A DNA stretch of 64,000 bases from Escherichia phage vB_EcoM-G3G7: sequence record MZ234040.1. One strand, 5' to 3'. The notes beneath the pieces were generated by a model that was not told the origin of the DNA, searched no databases, and saw nothing but the letters and a program-made list of their open reading frames with translations. This document shows, in pieces, positions 10,414 through 19,663 of this stretch (position 1 is its first letter; each line of letters begins with the position of its first letter). Made by a program: the position numbers and the translations under genes.

Positions 10414-11160
10414 ATGAAGCTGTCTAATAACCAAATTCGTAAAATTAAACGTCGTCTAGAGCATACTCAGGCATCTGCAAAAAGACGTTCTAAAGATTTT
10501 AACTTAGACTTCAATTATATTAAGAATATTTTAGAACAAAAAGTTTGTGCCTATTCAGGAGAACCTTTTGATAATCGTATTGAAGGAGAGAAATTATCAT
10601 TAGAACGTTTTGATAATAACGTTGGATACATTAAAGGGAATGTTATTGCAGTAAAGAAAAAGTATAATACATTTCGTTCTGATTATACTTTAGAGGAGTT
10701 GATTGAAAAGCGTGATTTATTTGCTTTGCGAATTGGTCGTTCATCTGCGAAAAAAGTTCATAAACTAAATTTAGATGAAAAGAAATGGGCTAAAATCAAA
10801 AAGACTTATAATCAAATTAAAGCTATACAGAAAAAACGTGAAAACCGAATTGAACACATTTCTCAGCTTTCTAAATCAAAACAGACCTCTGACATTAAGC
10901 TAAGGATTATAGCACTTAAAGCTCGTATTGATGGTTCTCGCATAGCAGAAGGCGCTGAAGTTGTTAAATTGAACGTTCTTCTTAAAGGCTCGGATTGGAA
11001 AATTGTGAAAAAGTTGTCAGAAGCAGAAATGCAATATGATATGTGTGATAAAATTATTCAAGGTGTAGAGCGGTATCAAAACTTGTCTTTTATTGATAAA
11101 CTTAAACTGAAAAGAGGATATCCGCTAAATTGTTCAATTTTTAAACTTATCCGAGGATAA
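10414..11160 (+). CDS. Srd-like protein (tentative, by position and size)
   Basis: 248-aa basic ORF between modA and dda. Confidence 0.45.
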   Translation: MKLSNNQIRKIKRRLEHTQASAKRRSKDFNLDFNYIKNILEQKVCAYSGEPFDNRIEGEKLSLERFDNNVGYIKGNVIAVKKKYNTFRSDYTLEELIEKRDLFALRIGRSSAKKVHKLNLDEKKWAKIKKTYNQIKAIQKKRENRIEHISQLSKSKQTSDIKLRIIALKARIDGSRIAEGAEVVKLNVLLKGSDWKIVKKLSEAEMQYDMCDKIIQGVERYQNLSFIDKLKLKRGYPLNCSIFKLIRG

Positions 11161-11161
11161 T

Positions 11162-11473
11162 ATGGTTTATGTATATGCGATAGTTTACCGAGACAAAGAC
11201 GGATTTACGGCGCCAGTTCCGCTTGATGAACATCGTCCTGCTGTATTTTTTGAATGGAATATTGCTGATAAAGTATTTACTACTCTTAAAGAGCAGTATC
11301 GATTAGCTTTAGGTAAGGGAATTCCAAGATTAGTTGAGACTCCACGCAAGTTTTGGTTTAATAAAATAGAAGTTAAACATGTTAAGCCTGACGTAGACAC
11401 ACAAAGATTATATCAGCGAATTTTAGATACTGGGCGTATTGTTAGTATACCAATTGCAGGGAATTTACGATGA
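11162..11473 (+). CDS. Hypothetical protein, 103 aa (dda.1-like position)
   Basis: ORF overlapping the dda start. Confidence 0.45.
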   Translation: MVYVYAIVYRDKDGFTAPVPLDEHRPAVFFEWNIADKVFTTLKEQYRLALGKGIPRLVETPRKFWFNKIEVKHVKPDVDTQRLYQRILDTGRIVSIPIAGNLR

Positions 11474-12789
11474 CATTTGATGATTTGACCGAAGGCCAGA
11501 AAAATGCCTTTAACATCGTTATGAGGGCTATTAAAGAAAAGAAACATCATGTAACTATTAATGGACCTGCTGGTACTGGTAAGACTACTCTTACTAAGTT
11601 CATCATTGAAGCTTTAATATCAACAGGCGAAACTGGTATCATTTTGGCAGCTCCTACACATGCAGCTAAAAAGATTCTTTCAAAACTGTCGGGGAAAGAA
11701 GCGAGTACTATTCACAGTATTCTTAAAATTAACCCAGTTACGTATGAAGAAAACGTTCTTTTTGAACAGAAGGAAGTACCAGATTTAGCTAAATGCAGGG
11801 TATTAATCTGCGACGAAGTGTCAATGTATGATAGAAAGCTATTTAAAATTCTGCTTTCAACTATTCCACCTTGGTGTACTATAATTGGAATAGGTGATAA
11901 TAAGCAAATTAGACCTGTTGATCCAGGAGAAAATACTGCTTATATCAGTCCATTCTTTACACACAAAGATTTTTATCAGTGTGAACTTACTGAAGTTAAA
12001 CGCAGTAATGCTCCTATTATTGATGTAGCTACTGATGTTCGCAACGGTAAGTGGATTTATGATAAAGTTGTTGACGGGCATGGAGTACGTGGATTTACTG
12101 GTGATACCGCTTTACGCGATTTTATGGTAAATTATTTTTCAATCGTAAAATCATTAGATGATTTGTTTGAAAATCGCGTAATGGCATTTACGAATAAATC
12201 TGTTGACAAGTTAAATAGCATTATTCGTAAAAAGATTTTTGAAACTGATAAAGATTTTATTGTCGGTGAAATTATTGTAATGCAGGAACCATTAATTAAA
12301 ACATATAAAATTGATGGAAAGCCTGTGTCAGAAATTATTTTTAATAACGGACAATTAGTTCGTATTATAGAAGCAGAGTATACATCAACCTTTGTTAAAG
12401 CTCGTGGTGTTTCTGGAGAATATCTAATTCGTCATTGGGATTTAACGGTAGAAACTTACGGCGATGATGAATATTATCGTGAAAAGATTAAAATAATTTC
12501 ATCTGATGAAGAACTGTATAAGTTTAACCTATTTTTAGGTAAAACGGCAGAAACTTATAAAAATTGGAACAAAGGCGGAAAAGCTCCATGGAGTGATTTT
12601 TGGGATGCTAAATCACAGTTTAGTAAAGTGAAAGCACTTCCTGCATCAACATTCCATAAAGCACAGGGCATGTCTGTAGACCGTGCTTTCATTTATACGC
12701 CTTGCATTCATTATGCAGATGCTGAATTAGCTCAACAACTTCTTTATGTTGGTGTTACCCGTGGTCGTTATGACGTATTTTATGTGTGA
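11470..12789 (+). CDS. dda: Dda DNA helicase (SF1)
   Basis: 439 aa as T4 Dda; Walker A GPAGTGKT; Walker B LICDEVSM. Confidence 0.9.
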   Translation: MTFDDLTEGQKNAFNIVMRAIKEKKHHVTINGPAGTGKTTLTKFIIEALISTGETGIILAAPTHAAKKILSKLSGKEASTIHSILKINPVTYEENVLFEQKEVPDLAKCRVLICDEVSMYDRKLFKILLSTIPPWCTIIGIGDNKQIRPVDPGENTAYISPFFTHKDFYQCELTEVKRSNAPIIDVATDVRNGKWIYDKVVDGHGVRGFTGDTALRDFMVNYFSIVKSLDDLFENRVMAFTNKSVDKLNSIIRKKIFETDKDFIVGEIIVMQEPLIKTYKIDGKPVSEIIFNNGQLVRIIEAEYTSTFVKARGVSGEYLIRHWDLTVETYGDDEYYREKIKIISSDEELYKFNLFLGKTAETYKNWNKGGKAPWSDFWDAKSQFSKVKALPASTFHKAQGMSVDRAFIYTPCIHYADAELAQQLLYVGVTRGRYDVFYV

Positions 12790-12795
12790 GGATAT

Positions 12796-13056
12796 ATGAT
12801 TAACATCAATTCAAAATATTTAAATCGTCTAATAGATGGTATAAGGAAGCATACTAATAAGCAAGATAATCTTAATGTTATGGTAACAGGAGCTGAGCTC
12901 CTTCATAAGCTTTATCTTATAAGTGATACTATATTAGCAATTAAACGAATTGAAAAACAATCATATCATAGTAATACAGATACAGTAATTACACTAGATG
13001 AAAGTGTTTGTAAATTACTGATTAAATTTGAGGAAGCTATTCGTGGAAATAACTAA
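12796..13056 (+). CDS. Hypothetical protein, 86 aa
   Basis: ORF only. Confidence 0.4.
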   Translation: MININSKYLNRLIDGIRKHTNKQDNLNVMVTGAELLHKLYLISDTILAIKRIEKQSYHSNTDTVITLDESVCKLLIKFEEAIRGNN

Positions 13057-13288
13057 AGATCAGTTTTATCTTCTTCAAGATAAAGTAAGCGAAATTTATG
13101 AAATTGCTTATAGCAAAAATCGTGAAACTGTAAAAATAGAATCTAGTAAGTTGAGGCTTCAATTAGAAGAAATTGAACGAGATTTAATTGCGTTAGAATT
13201 CTTTTGTGGTGAAGTGAAAACTGTTACAATCAATGATTATATTTTAGGCGAAATTAGCTATCTTTATAAGGCGATTATTAATGATTGA
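13028..13288 (+). CDS. Hypothetical protein (true start may be GTG 13043)
   Basis: ORF; GAGGAAG before GTG 13043. Confidence 0.4.
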   Translation: MRKLFVEITKDQFYLLQDKVSEIYEIAYSKNRETVKIESSKLRLQLEEIERDLIALEFFCGEVKTVTINDYILGEISYLYKAIIND

Positions 13289-13523
13289 ATTGAGTTGGTA
13301 CCAGTTTAAATCTCTTATGACAAATGTTAAAGCTGTCATTGAAGAAAATCAGGGTCCTGAAAATATTACTATTCGCGAAAAAGCTTTAAAGATAGTATAC
13401 AGTCTTGAAGAAATACAAAAAGATATTGAATCTATGGCAAAATTTATTGATGAACCTATTAATAAAGTTTATATTCAAGATTATACTGTAGGTCAAATTC
13501 GCGATTTAGCAAGGAAAATTTAA
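13281..13523 (+). CDS. Hypothetical protein, 80 aa
   Basis: ORF with overlapping start. Confidence 0.4.
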   Translation: MIELSWYQFKSLMTNVKAVIEENQGPENITIREKALKIVYSLEEIQKDIESMAKFIDEPINKVYIQDYTVGQIRDLARKI

Positions 13524-14206
13524 TGTTTGATTTTATTATAGATTTTGAAACAATGGGAAGCGGCGAAAAGGCAGCTGTTATTGATTTAGCTGTAATTGCT
13601 TTTGACCCTAACCCAGAAGTAGTTGAAACATTTGATGAATTAGTTTCACGCGGCATTAAAATCAAATTTGATTTAAAAAGCCAAAAAGGACATCGTCTTT
13701 TTACTAAAAGCACTATCGAATGGTGGAAGAATCAATCTCCTGAAGCTCGAAAAAATATTGCACCATCAGATGAAGATGTAAGCACTATCGATGGTATTGC
13801 AAAATTTAATGATTACATCAATGCACATAATATCGATCCTTGGAAATCTCAAGGCTGGTGCCGTGGAATGTCGTTTGATTTTCCAATTTTAGTCGATCTC
13901 ATTCGTGATATTCAACGTCTTAATGGTGTTTCTGAGAATGAGCTTGACACATTTAAGTTAGAACCATGTAAATTCTGGAATCAGCGTGATATTCGTACCA
14001 GAATTGAAGCACTTCTCCTTGTTCGTGATATGACCACTTGTCCTCTTCCAAAGGGAACTTTAGATGGATTCGTTGCACATGATTCTATTCATGACTGTGC
14101 GAAAGACATCTTGATGATGAAGTATGCTTTGCGCTATGCTATGGGTCTTGAAGACGCTCCATCAGAGGAAGAATGCGATCCTCTATCTCTTCCAACAAAA
14201 CGATAA
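13523..14206 (+). CDS. dexA: Exonuclease A DexA (DEDD 3'-5' exonuclease)
   Basis: 227 aa as T4 DexA; N-terminal DFETMG motif. Confidence 0.8.
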   Translation: MFDFIIDFETMGSGEKAAVIDLAVIAFDPNPEVVETFDELVSRGIKIKFDLKSQKGHRLFTKSTIEWWKNQSPEARKNIAPSDEDVSTIDGIAKFNDYINAHNIDPWKSQGWCRGMSFDFPILVDLIRDIQRLNGVSENELDTFKLEPCKFWNQRDIRTRIEALLLVRDMTTCPLPKGTLDGFVAHDSIHDCAKDILMMKYALRYAMGLEDAPSEEECDPLSLPTKR

Positions 14207-14213
14207 AAAGTTA

Positions 14214-14242
14214 TTTACTTCCTCGGTTAGTTGTGGTATTAT
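14214..14242 (+). promoter_or_regulatory. T4-type early promoter (ATTTAC variant)
   Basis: ATTTAC 14214-14219, 17-nt spacer, TATTAT 14237-14242. Confidence 0.45.
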
Positions 14243-14269
14243 AACACCATAGCTACTGAGGATAATAAA

Positions 14270-14770
14270 ATGAAAATTTATCGTGTTGAATCATCGTTTA
14301 GTATTCTTGATTATGAAGATGCTATAATAATACGTCGAAATCTTTGTGTTCAAATAACGCCGTACAGGAGTATAATAGATTCATGGAGCGAAGAGTGGCT
14401 ATTACACGTAGGTTATGACAGACCTAATTTTATGCATCATAGCGATAATAATAAAAGAATTCCTTTACCACACGAAGATAAACTATTAGTTAAAAACGCT
14501 AATATAGTAATTAATACTAAGTTCAAGAAAGATTATGTTGGAGTAGAATATCATATTCCAGGATGGTTTATAGGTCTTTATCATTTTGCTTTCGCTAGTG
14601 AATATGATATGATGAGATGGTTCACACGAGAAGAGCGGGAAGAATTATCTTCTAAAGGATTTTATCTCGCTGTATACGAAGTTCCTGAAGATGAAGTTAT
14701 CATTGGTGGGCACCAAGTAATGTTCCGCAAATCGCATGCTGAACTCGTAGATTTTATTGAAATGAGATAA
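14270..14770 (+). CDS. Hypothetical protein, 166 aa
   Basis: ATG 14270 after GAGGA; ORF-track start 14231 lies inside the promoter. Confidence 0.5.
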   Translation: MKIYRVESSFSILDYEDAIIIRRNLCVQITPYRSIIDSWSEEWLLHVGYDRPNFMHHSDNNKRIPLPHEDKLLVKNANIVINTKFKKDYVGVEYHIPGWFIGLYHFAFASEYDMMRWFTREEREELSSKGFYLAVYEVPEDEVIIGGHQVMFRKSHAELVDFIEMR

Positions 14771-14772
14771 TT

Positions 14773-15318
14773 ATGAAATTTAATTATAATCCTGAATACA
14801 TACCAAATCCGGTAGCTAAACTGATTGATTTTGATGTTGTAAGCACTTATGTATGCCCTGTTAAACCACTGGAAATTAAGGAACCTACTATGACTACCGC
14901 TATTGAAATCGGCAAAACCTACAAACTGGTTGAACCTAAAATTAAAACTAATGCCTTGATTTCTGGTCATAAAACTCTGACTGATGTTTTTGGCGAAGGC
15001 GAATTTATTGTTGAAGAATTTGCCAAAAGTGAGTGGTTTGACAAATCTTACGTCATCCACGGTCGCCGGTTAGATAATAACAAAATAAAGAAAAACCTGG
15101 TTTATGAAGATGAGTTCATCCTGTTCCAAGAAGTTGAAGAACAAGACCCTACAGACCTGTTGTGTGCTGCTGTGTCTATCCGTCGTCCTTTTGATAATCC
15201 TATCTGTGGTTGGGTAACAGACCAGTGGATTGAAGATGGTGTTGAGCTTCTGAACGTTGTCCATGCAGGAGATTTTAGTGTAGTACCTCGTAGTGCGGTG
15301 GTAGCTATTTTGAATTAA
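14773..15318 (+). CDS. Hypothetical protein, 181 aa, paralogue of 15395-15886
   Basis: Shares C-terminal VTDQWIEDGVELLNVVHAGDFSVVP-type block with the next gene. Confidence 0.5.
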   Translation: MKFNYNPEYIPNPVAKLIDFDVVSTYVCPVKPLEIKEPTMTTAIEIGKTYKLVEPKIKTNALISGHKTLTDVFGEGEFIVEEFAKSEWFDKSYVIHGRRLDNNKIKKNLVYEDEFILFQEVEEQDPTDLLCAAVSIRRPFDNPICGWVTDQWIEDGVELLNVVHAGDFSVVPRSAVVAILN

Positions 15319-15320
15319 TA

Positions 15321-15350
15321 GTTTACAAACTCTTGGGACCAGAGTATAAT
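15321..15350 (+). promoter_or_regulatory. T4-type early promoter
   Basis: GTTTAC 15321-15326, 18-nt spacer, TATAAT 15345-15350. Confidence 0.6.
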
Positions 15351-15394
15351 GGTCCTGTGGAGTATAAAATCTTTTTAACAAGTGAGAGATAATT

Positions 15395-15886
15395 ATGAAT
15401 ATTAATATCGGTGAAATTGCTCGTGTATCTGATAAATCCCGTTCTAAAGCAGCAGGAAAATTGGTCGAAGTTGTAAGCATTCAGCTTAAACACGGTGTTA
15501 AAGATGAAGATTCTGAAGTAAAAGTACGTATCATTGCTAAAGATGGAATGTCTAAGCCCCAGTTTGGTTATGTTCGATGGAAATTTCTTGAGCCTGCGTT
15601 TTTGAAAGCTGTTCCTGCTAAAGGAATTGAAACGATTGATACTTCGCATGTAGGTGTAGACTTTAAGTGGAAACTTGGTCAAGCTATCAAGTTCATTGCT
15701 CCTTATGAGTTTGAATTTACCGAAGGTGGACAACCACTTCCTCAGCGTACTCGCGCTATGTGTGCATACATTACTGATCAATGGGTAGAAGATGGCGTTA
15801 AGTTATACAACGCGGTATTTTTAGGAACATACAAAGTCATTCCTGAAAGTTGGATTAAACACTACAGCAAAGCTCGCTATGCATAA
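15395..15886 (+). CDS. Hypothetical protein, 163 aa (motB-like position), paralogue of 14773-15318
   Basis: C-terminal ITDQWVEDGVKLYNAVFLGTYKVIP; GAGAG RBS. Confidence 0.5.
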   Translation: MNINIGEIARVSDKSRSKAAGKLVEVVSIQLKHGVKDEDSEVKVRIIAKDGMSKPQFGYVRWKFLEPAFLKAVPAKGIETIDTSHVGVDFKWKLGQAIKFIAPYEFEFTEGGQPLPQRTRAMCAYITDQWVEDGVKLYNAVFLGTYKVIPESWIKHYSKARYA

Positions 15887-16057
15887 AGTTTAAAATTTTT
15901 TCATAAAACTATATACATCAGTAGTTGATTATGGTACTATATCAATATCAACTACTGATACAGAAAACAACTTGAAGAATAAAATGGATAATTCGTTAAA
16001 GGTGCGCTGATACTCTTCTGAAACGCATCGCTCCAATGTTCAATTAATGAGGAAATT

Positions 16058-16276
16058 ATGATGAAACGTAAAATTGTTCAGAATTGCACTAATGATGAAT
16101 TTGAAGATGTATTATTCGATCCAGATTTGGTAGTAGTTCAAAAGGAACACACTGCTAAGTTTACTCACTTGACTTCGGTTTATGTGTATGAAAAGGTTGG
16201 GGATAAACAACCAATTTACGGTGTATTTCGTGAAATCACTGAAGATGGCACAACTTACTGGAAGGAAATTTATTAA
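16058..16276 (+). CDS. Hypothetical protein, 72 aa
   Basis: ORF with GAGGAAA upstream. Confidence 0.4.
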   Translation: MMKRKIVQNCTNDEFEDVLFDPDLVVVQKEHTAKFTHLTSVYVYEKVGDKQPIYGVFREITEDGTTYWKEIY

Positions 16277-16689
16277 TGGCTATTAGATTTGAAGTTAATA
16301 AATGGTATCAATTTAAAAATAAACAAGCTCAAGAAAATTTTATTAAAGACCATACTGATAACGGAATCTATGCACGCCGTTTAGGTATGCATCCTTTTAA
16401 AATTTTAGATGTGGATGCTCTTGGGCGTCCTATTAAAATTATGTCATTTGCTGGAAATTTAGTACTATCTTCTGGTAAAGATATTTTGGATGAAGATTTT
16501 ATTTGGCTTTCATCGAATGAAGCTGAATTTTTTGATGAAGTTGAAAATCCATACCAGGCGGCTGAAGAGCAGGAAGAATCTGCACCGATAACTGATCAAT
16601 CTAAATTCCCTGTAATGAAAGTTACTATTGAAAATGATGAACAGGCATGGTCCTTGTATCAGATGTTGAAAGCTCACTTTAAGGAATAA
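16276..16689 (+). CDS. Hypothetical acidic protein, 137 aa
   Basis: ORF only. Confidence 0.45.
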   Translation: MAIRFEVNKWYQFKNKQAQENFIKDHTDNGIYARRLGMHPFKILDVDALGRPIKIMSFAGNLVLSSGKDILDEDFIWLSSNEAEFFDEVENPYQAAEEQEESAPITDQSKFPVMKVTIENDEQAWSLYQMLKAHFKE

Positions 16690-16691
16690 TT

Positions 16692-16868
16692 ATGCCGCTT
16701 TATGATTATAAATGTCAATCAAAAGACTGCGCAAAAGAATACGAAAAAATCAAGAAAATTTCTGAAAGAGATACTGATGTATGTCCTGATTGTCATCGGA
16801 TTGCTATTCGGTTAGTCTCTGCCCCTAAGCATGTGAATGGCGGATTTTACGACTTACTTAAAGGGTAA
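16692..16868 (+). CDS. Small zinc-ribbon protein (FmdB-like CxxC...CxxC)
   Basis: 58 aa; YDYKCQSKDC...CPDCH; AAGGAA RBS. Confidence 0.45.
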   Translation: MPLYDYKCQSKDCAKEYEKIKKISERDTDVCPDCHRIAIRLVSAPKHVNGGFYDLLKG

Positions 16869-16870
16869 TT

Positions 16871-17242
16871 ATGTTTAAAATCGGTAAGAAATATCGCATT
16901 CGCGAAGGTGAAGAAAAGAAATATCTATTTTCTGCTATTTATAGGAATGGTTCTATTAATGCTGTAATATCTACAAGCGAATTTATCGTTGAAGATATGA
17001 AAGGTAATAATGTTACAATGATTAGTACAGCATCTGGAAATGACGGAAAAATTCTTCACAGTTTTCAGAGTAATGTTCTAATTTATGATGAAGAATTTGA
17101 CTTCTTCGAAGAAGTTCCCGAAGGTTTTGCTTTTGAATGCACTATCACTATGAAATCTGGTGACCCTCTTTCTTTTACAGTTAAAGATGAAGGAAGTCGC
17201 TTGAGAATTATTAGTCTTCTTCAAGCCATTAAATTTAAGTGA
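16871..17242 (+). CDS. Hypothetical protein, 123 aa
   Basis: ORF only. Confidence 0.45.
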   Translation: MFKIGKKYRIREGEEKKYLFSAIYRNGSINAVISTSEFIVEDMKGNNVTMISTASGNDGKILHSFQSNVLIYDEEFDFFEEVPEGFAFECTITMKSGDPLSFTVKDEGSRLRIISLLQAIKFK

Positions 17243-17508
17243 AAATTATGAAATATATTAATCGTTCTATCGCGGCATTAGTATTAGCAGTGTCTTTAAT
17301 AGGATGTACTGATGCTGATAATGCAACCAAAGTTTTGTCTTCAAGTGGTTTTACTAATATTGAAATCACTGGATATAATTGGTTCGGTTGCTCTGAAAAT
17401 GATTTCCAGCATACTGGATTTCGTGCTATTGGACCTACCGGGCAGAAAGTAGAAGGAACAGTATGTTCTGGACTATTCTTCAAGGATTCGACTATTCGTT
17501 TTAAATAA
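17239..17508 (+). CDS. Putative lipoprotein, 89 aa
   Basis: Signal peptide with lipobox LIGC. Confidence 0.5.
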   Translation: MKIMKYINRSIAALVLAVSLIGCTDADNATKVLSSSGFTNIEITGYNWFGCSENDFQHTGFRAIGPTGQKVEGTVCSGLFFKDSTIRFK

Positions 17509-17525
17509 AAGGCCTTCGGGCCTTT
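17508..17525 (+). terminator. Hairpin (weak terminator or RNA stability element)
   Basis: aaaggcc-ttcg-ggccttt; no clean T-run. Confidence 0.35.
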
Positions 17526-17550
17526 AGCTTTATGATTACCGGAGTATAAT
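17525..17550 (+). promoter_or_regulatory. Possible MotA-dependent middle promoter upstream of gene 39
   Basis: MotA-box-like AGCTTTA about 13 nt upstream of TATAAT 17545-17550. Confidence 0.35.
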
Positions 17551-17577
17551 ATTCCCGAAACCAAACGAGGATAAGTG

Positions 17578-19395
17578 ATGATTAAGAATGAAATTAAAAT
17601 TCTGAGCGATATTGAACATATCAAAAAGCGTAGCGGCATGTATATTGGCTCTTCTGCTAATGAAATGCATGAGCGCTTTCTGTTTGGTAAATGGGAAAGT
17701 GTTCAGTATGTACCTGGTCTTGTTAAGCTTATTGATGAAATTATCGATAACTCAGTAGATGAAGGTATTCGTACTAAGTTTAAATTCGCAAATAAAATTA
17801 ATGTTACTATTAAAAACAATCAAGTAACAGTTGAAGATAACGGTCGCGGTATTCCACAAGCGATGGTCAAAACACCTACCGGTGAAGAAATTCCTGGTCC
17901 TGTTGCTGCATGGACTATTCCAAAAGCAGGTGGTAACTTCGGTGATGATAAAGAACGCGTCACCGGTGGTATGAATGGTGTTGGTTCTAGTTTGACAAAC
18001 ATTTTTTCTGTGATGTTTGTCGGTGAAACTGGTGATGGTCAAAATAATATTGTAGTTCGTTGTTCAAATGGCATGGAAAATAAATCATGGGAAACTATTC
18101 CAGGAAAATGGAAAGGAACTCGCGTTACTTTCATTCCTGATTTTATGTCATTTGAAACTAATGAGCTGTCCCAAGTTTATCTTGACATTACACTAGATCG
18201 TCTCCAGACACTTGCAGTAGTTTATCCTGATATTCAATTTACCTTTAATGGTAAAAAGGTTCAGGGCAATTTTAAGAAATATGCACGCCAATATGATGAG
18301 CATGCTATCGTTCAAGAACAAGAAAATTGCTCTATTGCGGTTGGTCGTTCACCGGATGGTTTTCGTCAATTAACTTATGTGAATAACATTCACACTAAGA
18401 ATGGTGGCCATCACATTGACTGTGTTATGGATGATATTTGTGAAGACCTTATTCCACAAATCAAACGTAAGTTCAAAATTGATGTGACTAAAGCACGCGT
18501 TAAAGAATGTTTGACTATCGTTATGTTTGTCCGTGATATGAAAAACATGCGATTTGATTCTCAAACTAAAGAGCGTTTGACTTCTCCATTTGGTGAAATC
18601 CGTAGTCATATTCAACTTGATGCTAAAAAGATTTCACGTGCTATTCTAAATAATGAAGCAATTCTAATGCCGATTATTGAAGCTGCTTTGGCTCGTAAAT
18701 TAGCGGCAGAAAAAGCAGCAGAAACTAAAGCAGCTAAAAAGGCTTCTAAAGCTAAGGTTCATAAACATATTAAAGCGAATCTTTGTGGTAAAGATGCTGA
18801 TACTACTCTTTTCTTGACTGAGGGTGATTCGGCTATCGGATATCTTATTGATGTTCGTGATAAAGAACTTCACGGTGGTTATCCATTACGTGGTAAAGTT
18901 CTCAACAGTTGGGGTATGTCATATGCTGACATGCTTAAAAACAAAGAACTGTTTGATATTTGCGCAATCACTGGATTAGTTCTTGGTGAAAAAGCTGAAA
19001 ACTTGAATTATCATAATATTGCTATTATGACCGATGCTGACCATGATGGTCTAGGAAGCATTTATCCTTCTCTGCTCGGGTTTTTTAGTAATTGGCCAGA
19101 ATTGTTTGAGCAAGGACGAATTCGCTTTGTCAAAACTCCTGTAATCATCGCTCAGGTCGGTAAAAAACAAGAATGGTTTTATACAGTCGCTGAATATGAG
19201 AGTGCCAAAGATGCTCTACCTAAACATAGCATCCGTTATATTAAAGGACTTGGCTCTTTGGAAAAATCTGAATATCGTGAGATGATTCAAAACCCAGTAT
19301 ATGATGTTGTTAAACTTCCTGAGAACTGGAAAGAGCTTTTTGAAATGCTCATGGGAGATAATGCTGACCTTCGTAAAGAATGGATGAGCCAGTAG
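17578..19395 (+). CDS. 39: DNA topoisomerase II large subunit gp39 (GyrB-like ATPase), unsplit form covering T4 genes 39 plus 60
   Basis: 605 aa from ATG 17578; GHKL ATPase motifs; C-terminal TOPRIM-like region present in one ORF. Confidence 0.9.
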   Translation: MIKNEIKILSDIEHIKKRSGMYIGSSANEMHERFLFGKWESVQYVPGLVKLIDEIIDNSVDEGIRTKFKFANKINVTIKNNQVTVEDNGRGIPQAMVKTPTGEEIPGPVAAWTIPKAGGNFGDDKERVTGGMNGVGSSLTNIFSVMFVGETGDGQNNIVVRCSNGMENKSWETIPGKWKGTRVTFIPDFMSFETNELSQVYLDITLDRLQTLAVVYPDIQFTFNGKKVQGNFKKYARQYDEHAIVQEQENCSIAVGRSPDGFRQLTYVNNIHTKNGGHHIDCVMDDICEDLIPQIKRKFKIDVTKARVKECLTIVMFVRDMKNMRFDSQTKERLTSPFGEIRSHIQLDAKKISRAILNNEAILMPIIEAALARKLAAEKAAETKAAKKASKAKVHKHIKANLCGKDADTTLFLTEGDSAIGYLIDVRDKELHGGYPLRGKVLNSWGMSYADMLKNKELFDICAITGLVLGEKAENLNYHNIAIMTDADHDGLGSIYPSLLGFFSNWPELFEQGRIRFVKTPVIIAQVGKKQEWFYTVAEYESAKDALPKHSIRYIKGLGSLEKSEYREMIQNPVYDVVKLPENWKELFEMLMGDNADLRKEWMSQ

Positions 19396-19424
19396 TTTAC
19401 TTTACCACAAGGATGTGGTATAAT
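19395..19424 (+). promoter_or_regulatory. T4-type early promoter
   Basis: GTTTAC 19395-19400, 18-nt spacer, TATAAT 19419-19424. Confidence 0.6.
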
Positions 19425-19449
19425 TAATTGGGCAAATGAGGATATTGAA

Positions 19450-19653
19450 ATGAAATCATATAAAGTAAATTTAGAACTTTTTGATAAAGCAGTTCATCGA
19501 GAATATAGAATCATTCAACGCTTTTTCGATATGGGAGAAGCCGAAGAATTTAAAAACCGCTTTAAGGATATTAGAGATAAAATTCAATCCGATACCGCAA
19601 CTAAAGATGAACTACTAGAAGTTGCCGAAGTTATTAAACGTAATATGAATTAA
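19450..19653 (+). CDS. Hypothetical protein, 67 aa
   Basis: ORF with GAGGA upstream. Confidence 0.45.
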   Translation: MKSYKVNLELFDKAVHREYRIIQRFFDMGEAEEFKNRFKDIRDKIQSDTATKDELLEVAEVIKRNMN

Positions 19654-19663
19654 TGAGGAAATT

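Noticed and set aside
14662-15781. Minus-strand ORFs of 132-152 aa (14662-15060, 15070-15480, 15323-15781)
   Set aside because: Antisense to well-supported plus-strand genes with promoters and RBS; low-complexity, no RBS.
17235-18615. Minus-strand ORFs inside gene 39 (17235-17639, 17752-18042, 17820-18002, 18370-18615)
   Set aside because: Embedded antisense in a highly conserved topoisomerase gene; no translation signals.
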